From positions 13,638,686-13,702,685 of the forward strand of contig NC_134035.1 in the NCBI RefSeq assembly GCF_964204645.1: a stretch of 64,000 nt of DNA. The letters run 5' to 3'. Both the position numbers and the translations under genes were made by a program. Numbering within the stretch: position 1 is the stretch's first letter; each line of letters starts with the position of its first letter. The notes below the pieces were generated by a model. It was not told the origin of the DNA. It made no database searches and saw only the letters and a program-made list of their open reading frames with translations. Below are positions 54,201 through 64,000 of this stretch, in pieces. This stretch comes from Tubulanus polymorphus. Taxonomy: Eukaryota > Animalia > Nemertea.

Positions 54201-57200
54201 CAAGATGTGTCGACACGTTTGCTTTGTTATGGTGAAGGTGGAGCCTGAACTGCATCGTCAGAGCTCTGTGTGTGACTTTGAACGAGGAGCAGAGATGGAG
54301 GCGAGATCAGAGAGAGCGAGGAATCAAGAGCGAGGAATATCGAGAGCAAGGAATCACCGTAGGAATCACCGGGTACACACACACACACACACATGTACCT
54401 CGTTACGCTGTCTAAAACAGACTCAAAAAACCAAGTTATTTATCGACGAATTCTATTGATCTTTAACTCCCCCTGTAAGCACCGTCGCCAGGCCTGAGCC
54501 CCTTCGCAGTTATCAGCTGCTCGGTAGAACGGTTTCTGCAGCCCGTAAATATCGATACCGTGTTAATGCTTGTCTCGTCGTACATTGTCGAACTCAATTT
54601 CGGCTACGTTCGTTTGTTTTTCAGTTTTTTTGAGAGGAGGAGGAGGAGAGAAAGAGAGAGAGAGGAGAGGGGACAGAGAGAGAGGAAGAGAGAGAAGGAG
54701 AGAGAGAGGAGAGAGGGTAGGGGAGAGAGAGGAGAGAAGGAGGAGAGGAGAGAGGAGAGATGGACGGGGAGGGCAGGGAAAGGAGGGGAGAGAGAGAGAG
54801 AGAGAGAGGAGAGAGGGACGAGGGAGAGAGAGATATAGATGCGCCTAATGAAAGGAGAGTGAAGCGAAGGAGAGAGTGAGAGTTGCTGCTGTGACTAGAG
54901 AGAGAGAGAGAGAGAGACAGCATTTAGTTGGTAGTGATATAGGAGAACTAACGTTGATTACACCCTGACTGGACTATCTCAGTAAAAAACACACCCAGTC
55001 ATCATAAACGATAACTCTGATGAACAAAGAATTTTCTCTTCGGAACAACATTCATGATTCATTCATTAGTAAAACAACTAGCAGATCATTCTCTCTACAT
55101 CTCTCGGCAGACGAGACCTCCATAACCGATCGCTCCGGTATAACAACAATCCCGTAGAACTTCATTGTCGAAATACGGTAAAATCACACACGATACAGAA
55201 ATAAGAAAATGAGGTATTGAAAATTTCCTTGAGCTTAAAGTTAAATTTCAACATTTCGACTTCCTAAAGTTATCTTCGGAAATACTAATTTTTAAACATG
55301 TTTTACCCATTTCAACACGTACAGAGTGCATCATCAACATTACGTTGAAATAATATTCACGATTTTCTAATCAACTAATTATAGCACATTAATTTATGTC
55401 AAAACTGTGAAACTGGATCCTGGGTTCAGAGTTAACACTAATTCATGCGTGGAACTGGATCCTGAGTTCAGAGTAAACTCTAACTCACAACTGTGGAACT
55501 GGATCCTGAGTTCACAGTTCACTCTGAATCTGATTCTGAACATTTTCAGATTCATAGATTTCACTAGAGAAATCTTTGTGACGAAATCTACAATTCCTAG
55601 AAACGTTAAATTCATGAATACAATTTTCTTAATTCTTTTATTATCGGAATAATTATCGGAATATTTATCGGAATATTTTCTGGTGCAAAGAAATTCATTA
55701 TTCCCGATGCTCATTAAGACATAAAGGGTTAACATATGGAGAGATAAAGAGAGTGAGAGAAGGAGAGAGTTAGTTTACGGTTGACTGAATTCTAGATCAG
55801 TTAGAGAAAGAAAATAAGATAACAGCTAGCTGTCAGAGAGTAACAGTGAGAATAGTCGGGTGTAAATGATTTAATCTCTACAGGATTAACAACTTCATTC
55901 ACTACCAGTATAACTATACGATAAGACGTTTATAACCCCTGCGGTCCCGGGTTCAAATCTAATTATTGCACCTATCAACACTATGATTATTGGAATGGAG
56001 ACGTTTGAAGTAGCTATGTAGAGGGAAGTCAAATGTTCACGTCAGTTAACCGCGTTCACTTGATGTCACAGCGCATCATACTGGCCGTCAAGGAGCAAGT
56101 GAAAAATCATAGTTTGACGGCCAGTATGAAGGCAAGTTGACGCATGTGAACCATGTGATACTTGTGACGTCAGTCAGTTTATAGTCAGGTCGTAAACGTG
56201 ATTTTTATCACGTCAGAATGGCCGGCACCATGTCGACTGGGTTCGGGTTTAATCGGAGTCCATCGAGCAGTCTGACGTCACTTGCACGACCCTGACCTCT
56301 ACAGCGCGGTTGCGAAGTTGGAGTTTTAGAATCAAGTCCGCGCGTCAAGCCTTACGGAATTCTTCAAGAGACTCGAGGAATCGCACTGCAGGAACCGCAT
56401 ACCATAGAGCACTTACAGTTCTATGGTCGATTGAACATTATATCGCCCAGGAATGATAGTATACGACATTCCTCAAGGGACTCGAGGAACTGGCAGACGA
56501 CAGTACGGAAAGTTAAAGTTCTATGGTCGATTGAACATTAGAACGACCAGGAATGAAAGTTATTCTGGTGACAACATGGGTAAACTTTAGTTTGTAGGAT
56601 CCGACTAACTCGCTCACTGAAGCTCGCCATAGCTGATCGTATTGAATTGATATTTGAGTGTTTTTTGTTCGCTGTTGATCTGATTGGGATTCACCTGCGA
56701 TACAGTCGACTAGATCCACCCCCTACAACTCCATCCTAGCGCTCTAAAACACGACACGATTTATCTATTTAATGAAATAGTGATGTTTTAGTTTCTTCGT
56801 TCATTCTTTTTTTTTTGTACCGATAAATATTTATCCATTTATGCTACAATAATACGATAAAACATCTAAAACATCATCATCAGCAGCAGCAGTAGCGGCA
56901 GTATCGGAGTTGTAGCTACAGCAGCTGCCAGGGCTTTCAACTTGTTTTTTCCCTCCTCCGAATACGACAGATCGACGTATGAGTACACCCCGACACCGCC
57001 GCCATTAACGAAATAGATTTTCCATAATATTCATATTTTTCATGTTTTACGCCGGGATGAATCGCGTTTCATTAAAGGATTCTCGGGCGCGAGTTGTATT
57101 TTCCGCTTGGTCGGATTAAAATCTATTCGTTTGGCTGCAGATGTTCCGTAGTTTCGTATTCAATAACTCAAATGTGTGACTGGTTACCGCGCGGTGTGAC

Positions 57201-58099
57201 AGAGAGAGACTGGTGCGCGCGTGCTGACTGGTATATCGATCTCGCAGTTAATAAACAGAACTAGACTAAGCGTGAATAATAGAAAATAAATTAGTTTTGT
57301 TTCTGCTCGATTTTCATCAAATGCTAAACGTTAAAATGTGCCGTTGTTATTTGGCGGCTTGTGCAATCTGTCTCTATACTCTCTCTCCCCGCTCTCTCTT
57401 CTCTCATTTTAGTCTCCTCTCTCTCTTCTGTCTTCTGACGTCTCCTCTCCCAACTCTCTCCCCTCCCTCTCACCTCTCTCTCTCCCTCCCTCTCCCCCTC
57501 CCTCTCTTACCTCTCCCCTCTCTCTCCCTCTCACGTCTCTTTATCTCCCCACTCCCTCTCTCCTCTCTCCCCACTCCTTCTCTCCTCTCTCCCCACTCTC
57601 TCTCTCTCTCCTCTCTCCCCACTCTCTCCCCTCTCCCTCTCCCTCTCTCTCACACTCTCTATCTCTCTCCATCACCTCTCTCTCCTCTCTCTCCTTTCTC
57701 CTCTCTCCTCGCTCCCTCTTTTCCTTTTCTTCCACTGAAAAAAAACTAAGACCCGATGAGAGGAACAAGAGCGAGTGAGAGGACATACCGGCAGATCAAA
57801 TTACATGTGATGGCAATTAATTTCTGACCAGATTGTAATTTGATGTTGGTCACACTGGAACTGTAGGGTGTGAAAGTGTAGTGAGGGGGTGTTTAATGAT
57901 GATACAGTCCACGCACACGACGCACACGCTCGCGCACTGACTACTGATCTCTGTGCGCAGGCCCGGATTGTCGTTTTTTTCTACGCGACAGTTGTGAGTG
58001 AGGGAGGATGGCTCCGGGGCTGAAACTGATCAGCGTAAATTCAGTATCTGACATCACTGCCACACATCTGTTACTGGTAAACAGCGCGGAATGGTTACG

Positions 58100-58145
58100 A
58101 ACTGACTGACGGACTGACTGACTGACTGACGGACTGACTGACTGA

Positions 58146-58206
<61 letters not shown>

Positions 58207-58381
58207 TGACTGACTGACTGACTGACTGACTGACTGACTGACTGACTGACTGACTGACTGACTGACTGACTGACTGACTGACTGACTGACTGACTGACTG
58301 ACTGACTGACTGACTGACTGACTGACTGACTGACTGACTGACTGACTGACTGACTGACTGACTGACTGACTAGCTGACTGG
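58100..58381. repeat. Compound (CTGA)n/(CTGG)n microsatellite
   Basis: About 70 tetranucleotide units. Confidence 0.98.
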
Positions 58382-59499
58382 CGGGGTTACAGTGTCTGGC
58401 GGCTATATGGTAATTAAACCGACCTTTCCGCTAGTGTTCAAACGCTTAATTACAACAATGCTGGCGAGATCCGCCGATACAGCAATGTCACAGAGACAGA
58501 GAGAGACAGAGAGAGAGAGTACTCTCCTCTCGCAGCGGTACACACAGATAAAGTACCGGTTTTAAATCCCTTGAGAGGAATTCAAACTCTGAATCATGAT
58601 TTTACGTTGTGACCACAAATGATAACGAGATGAACAACGAAAAGAAAATAAGAAAAATGTGTTCCCAAATTCTGAAAGTGTAATTCCGACTTATCGGTGG
58701 TAAACCGCAATTTTGATGTCTGCCTCCACGAACCCCACTATGACATCATCATGATCATTTAAATTGCCGAGGTGATTTGAAGTCTGCGTTACAAAACAAA
58801 AGGTTATTGGTAATCACTGTCGGTGCATGGTTTAATTAACGGGAGCCGCCGAGTTTCCAGGAATAGTCATCTGACTCTTTACCCAACAGTGTTCAGTCCA
58901 CTGTAGAACTCATAGTTCTGATTCTATTTCAGTAAATGAAGATTTGAGGACGCAAAAAATGATATCATTTAGTTCAACAAACTTAAATCAATTTATTATT
59001 TGTGACGACATTCTCATTCTCAATGACTTCAACGATTCATTAAAATTATGAATAGTTACTTTTGGCGATACTGTATTCCTAGATAACGTAGCTAATGTAT
59101 TATTATATATTATTATATATTACTATATATTATTATGTATTATGATAATGTGTGATCGTTTGATGAAATCGATGGATTTATAATCGTGAGATATACAGCC
59201 CCGGTGGCGCGGTCGGGATGTGAGAGTGGTAGAATGCAGCGCGTGTAGGGGAGGGGTGTTTAACTCCCCTCCCTCCCTCTCTCCCCCTCTCTCTCTCTCA
59301 GTATTTTGATATTCACGCGTGATTGGTTCAGAATCTTCCAACATCAAACGCTGTTTCAGCGAGTAATAATTCCTTCTTCCAATAAGACACACACAACACA
59401 CACAGACAGATAGCTTGATATCGAGAAGGAAAACAGCACCAGCAGCACCAGCAGCAGCCGTTACTGATATATTATTAAATATGGCCGCAATTTCAAACA

Positions 59500-59790
59500 T
59501 AGCTCCACGTGAACACACGAACGCAATCTTGGGGCTACCACGTGACCAACCGTCCGCGGTCACGGTCACGTGACAGCGAGCGAACAGGTGCTGAGTCTCG
59601 TGTCGCTGACGGTGATCACATGACCGACAGGTTCTTGGGCCTAGTAAAAGCTGTAGCACCGGCAGGTCCCGTCGGTCGCCGCGCTGCCTAGGGTGGCTGT
59701 CACGTGACACTGTTATTAATCCTGTCACGTGACCGTGACCGGCGGGTCTGTAGTATGACGTCATCGCGGTGGCGGAGGTCGTCACGTGTG
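59500..59790. promoter_or_regulatory. Dense E-box cluster (6 CACGTG, three as GTCACGTGAC) with a CRE
   Basis: CACGTG at 59506, 59539, 59567, 59701, 59726 and 59783; TCACATGA at 59616; TGACGTCA at 59756. Confidence 0.55.
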
Positions 59791-61304
59791 TAGCGGGTCG
59801 GATCTCGAGGTGCTGTAGATGATGATGTCAGCTGGGTGTGCTGTGTCGAGGTGTATCGGGTTACTGGCACCAGCACCAGCAGCAGCAGCAGCAGTAGTGA
59901 TAACCACCTGGCCTTACAATTTGTCACTGTATTACAATGTAATTAGCTACTCATCTCCGCGCTCTGTGGAGAGAGACAGCATCTGAAATGAGCATCCTCG
60001 CTGATGATTGTCTGCTGTTGATGCTGGAGAGAGATACGGAGACAGGGTTATCGTCGAATAAGTCTATTAACCAGATAATGATAATGATGTTAACTCTATT
60101 TTCCCAGTGGTTTTATAGATAACCTGCGCTGATAACGGCCGCCGCTGATGCTGTCGCCGCCGCCGCTGCTGCTGCTGGTTATAATTGTCATTGTAAAGGA
60201 TGAGAACCTCGAATCCTCCTTATTAAACTCCAATTAAACTCTCACAACTGCGTTTGCGGTTGCTTTTGAGTTATTCAAGACTTGTTAAAGCGAGTGTGTT
60301 TGAACTTTCTATTGTTTTTAAAGGTACTGTGCGTTGTTATAACGTCAAGCTGTTGGGACCAGTTTAAAACATGGCGTTATTACAGATTTTTGCAGCATTA
60401 TAGACAATAGTATTTTCAATTGAATTTGAGTTTGATTAAAGAAGGTTATTCTTTGAAAAAATTTTGGCGTTAAGTGAACAGTTGCATTAAAAAGTATAAC
60501 ATGACTTTGACTGTAAGAAATGATCAGATTTTGAATATACACGACCATTGGCCCAGTTTCACAAAAAAATGAAGCTTGATTTTTAGTGTAATTCCTATTT
60601 TGGTTAGTTCATGTTTTCGATAAGGACAAGCCAAACCGTTTTAACCTGAAACAATTTCAGTGAAATTGGACCCAGCTGTCCATTCAATCTGACGATGAGA
60701 ATTAGTTAAAATCTAGAATAATGATTTTAAGTTTTTGTTTTAGTGTATTAAGGACATTCTGAAACGATTGACAGTGTATTTAAAGTCACTCTGTATCAGC
60801 GTGGGTCGGAATCATCATCATATTCATGATTTTGCGCGAATCCCCCTGAGACAGAGGGACAGAGAGACAGAGAGACATATACTGTCAAATCTGTCATCGT
60901 TTGACATAAAAACCCTACGAGAATGATTCCATCGAAATCAGAGACGAGTCGAACGACGAGTTCACACACGATTTCCGAGGAGTTTACGAGAGTTTAAAGA
61001 GAGTCGGGGACTCTCTCTTGTGTCTTGAGAATATTTCCAGACATCAGAGATAATTTGAGAGAAGAATTTGGAAGAGTTTAGAAGAGCCAGGGTCTTTCTT
61101 TCACGGGTAACTATTATAGGAGAAATTTCCGGCGATAGATCGCTATTTGTATTTGAATAATTTGTCAAACACATGACTAAGATTTATGTAATTCTATATT
61201 ATTTCGTCAAGTATTTTTTTCTCTAATCGACAGATCTAGAAATATATTATTTGACCATTTGGGGATTAATTGTAGTTAACTTTCAATCTGATACAAACAA
61301 TATC

Positions 61305-61445
61305 TGTACTTCGATTTCCGATTTCAGACTCAAGTCCCCTGTTTCGCTCCCGACAGGTGTGGTGGGTTTGTAAGGGACACCAAATCAAAAATCAAACGAA
61401 ATTTACCAATCAAATAAATAACAGGGTCAATCCCTATTTTAAGAT
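61305..61445. repeat. ~140-bp dispersed repeat family (cctgtttcgctcccgacaggtgtggtgggtttgtaag)
   Basis: Other copies at 14663-14740, 54050-54160 and, inverted, 4600-4710. Confidence 0.85.
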
Positions 61446-63479
61446 AAAAAAAATCATCTAACCATGCACTGCTCCGTGATCTATCATACGTGGAAACTGG
61501 ATCTGCTGTTTATCTACACATTACTTATGTTTTTAAATCTTGATAAAGTTTAGATTTGACTCCGAGTTAAAACATTGAAAATGAACTAACTTAAACACGT
61601 TAACTCTAACTCACAACTGTGGAACTGGATCCTGAGTTCACAGTTAACTCTAACTCACAACTGTGGAACTGGATCCTGAGTTCACAGTTAACTCTAACTC
61701 ACAACTGTGGAACTAGATCCCGATTACAAATTTTATGGCGATTTATAAAAGTGATCCGGCCGTTAAGGAGAAACAAGGTATCAATTTTTTCTAGCTTTAG
61801 TTTTACCCGATAAAGAGTACATGTAATTAAAAGGCGATATTTTCTAAACGTACCCAGCTCGTGCGCAAAGGTAAATAGTCTACCGGTAATTAATCTGTGT
61901 CAAAATATTATTAAAAACCCATCAATAATTTCATCTTCCGATAAAACAAATTGTCATCATCAACAAAAACGGGTCTCTTTTTTTAATCAATTTCAAAATC
62001 ACGCTAAATTAGTTTCATGAACAAACACCGTGATTTCTGATTTCTGTTAATATTTATATACCGACTTTTAATAATCGAAATTAAAATCTAAAAATGTGAG
62101 TAAAAGCTCGATAATTTCTTCAGAGAATTTCAAACGTTCATAGAAAAATATCGAATTTCAAATATTGACTTTTTTCTGACAGAATTAACTGAAAAACGTT
62201 TGACCTTCGCCGCGCAAATAGAGACGTATTCGCGCGGGACAGATTCGAATTGTCGGCTACATTGACGGATTGTATTGTGCGCTATTTTGACGGATCGCTC
62301 CGCGAGGAGTTGACCGAATTGAGTCGACAGTTTGTTCCGTTGTTGTTCCGCGCATCCAGAAAATTACCACGACTACAAAACCTTTCTAGTTCGTTGTTGT
62401 TGTAACTGTCGTGTTTGTTGTTGACAATGAAAACGGTTTACGGTTCGGACAGGTAATTTTGAATTTCGCGTCAGGAGTGGATTATAGTGTTCCCATGGGG
62501 AGGAGGGGTACGGAGAGAGAGGAAGGGAGGGTAAGGGGAGAGGGGAGGGGGTGTATCAGTTCTCGACGCGCAAATTCGAAATATGAATTCAAAGTTCAAA
62601 TCATCGCAAACATCAGCCATATTGATGATGTCACAATTAGCACGGAAGTCATGAGTTTCAGTCAAGCATGTCTTTCACTACCCGGTCAGTGTGGCCGAAT
62701 TGTTAGTACTGTCGCCTCACAACCTGTGCATCCCGAGGTCGAATCCTCTCCGACGATTATTTATTTTTTCTTTTTTTTTAGAAAAATACAGAATTATCCC
62801 TGTTTAATCTGTTATTTTTGCGCAAGTTGTTCATCAATTAAGATCTTATTCAAGGGAAATGGAAACATTTGGTTGTTAAAGTTGGAACTGTGGAACTGGA
62901 TCCAGAGTAAATTAGCCTCATAAAATAGTGGAACTGATTTCGCAGACTACAGCAACCCTGAGAGACTGCTATTACTATCATCTCGGGAACAATCTTAGAA
63001 CGAGTCGCGAGACAAAAATGTAAAGAAAATGATTCTTTGTCGATGGAGTGCCATCACACAAGCATTGAAGACAGTTTTGTCGATTTATCCCGCTACCGTT
63101 ACTGCTGCTGCTGCTGCTGCTACTGCTGCTACTGCTGCTGTAGCTGGTACCGAGTTTCCCCGATCAAATATTTATGAGCTCCGCAGAAGAGACTTTATCT
63201 GTAGCGATAATAACGCTAGAATGAACACTACCGAATAATCCGGTTTGACAATATGGATGTTTCATGTATAACGCTCTAATATAGGGCCGACTCTCTCTCA
63301 CTCGCTCTCTCTTTCTCTCTTTCTTTCTTTCTCTCTCTCTCTTCTTTTCGCCGGTATACTGAAATAATGATTGCTATCTTTCTGTAACCATAAATGTCTT
63401 AAACTACTCCAGTGTAACTGCCATTATTTCTTTGAATAATTCCCGTGGTTACTGCGCAGTCCTGTATAGTTGTAATTCC

Positions 63480-64000
63480 TATACCAGGAATAAACCAACG
63501 ACCCTCGTTCTATAAACCATGGATGAAACATGATCTGAGTCCGTGTTGTAAAAACGATATAAAATCCCTGCACACTAAGAATGGAAAGGCCCAAAATGTT
63601 TCTCTTTGCTAATAGTTTATCATTCAACGTTTCAACTTTATCCTAATAGTCATCTTCAGGAATACTGATGTTGTCCTCATTATAACCATTGATGAAACAC
63701 TGTGAGTCCGAGTTGTAAAGATAATATAAAATCCCTGCACACAGCTGAGAAAAAAAAGAGTTTGAAATGTTTCCTTGAGCTAGTGTAGTTTATTTGACTT
63801 TATCCTAATAATGATTATCATCTTCAGGAATACTGTATTCCTTGAGCTAGTGTAGTTTATTCAACGTTTCGACTTTATCCTAATAGTCATCTTCAGGAAT
63901 ACTGTATTCCTTGAGCTAGTGTAGTTTATTCAACGTTTCGACTTTATCCTAATAGTCATCTTCAGGAATACTGTATTCCTTGAGCTAGTGTAGTTTATTC
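63480..64000 (-). mobile_element. Hammerhead-containing retrozyme-like array with ~168-nt and 69-nt monomers (truncated by window end)
   Basis: Same hammerhead unit as 42923-43585. atccctgcac recurs at 63564 and 63731, and tcttcagg ends at 63660 and 63828 (~168-nt period), followed by 69-nt units. Confidence 0.75.

Noticed and set aside
59123-59785. 220-aa minus-strand ORF
   Set aside because: Non-ATG start, runs through simple repeats and GC-rich motif DNA, and shows no recognisable domain.

Overview
Animal (spiralian/lophotrochozoan-like) genomic DNA dominated by one minus-strand Pax6 (eyeless/toy-class) gene with very large introns. I can assemble a phase-consistent GT-AG model: ATG exon 40967-41185 (coding 40967-40979, MPSK), a 33-nt micro-exon 29985-30017, the paired-box exon 18573-18919, linker exon 14790-15003, an optional 81-nt cassette 6289-6369, homeobox exons 3094-3243, 2747-2829 and 1093-1259, and PST exon 460-563. 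The C-terminus lies off the left edge. The rest is intronic or upstream non-coding DNA with minisatellites, microsatellites, dispersed repeats and transcription-factor motif clusters. The most striking non-coding signal is a repeat family with 69-nt and ~168-nt monomers, each carrying a minimal type I hammerhead ribozyme motif (Penelope/retrozyme-like). One such array is on the Pax6 sense strand ~2 kb upstream of the ATG exon. Also notable: inverted 47-bp satellite arrays flanking an in-frame 561-nt paired+linker exon block, a CTCF-motif cluster around the homeobox exons, Pax6-type autoregulatory sites, an octamer cluster, and a dense GTCACGTGAC E-box cluster upstream. Almost all other ORFs in the track look spurious. 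Regulatory and splicing interpretations are inferences from sequence alone.
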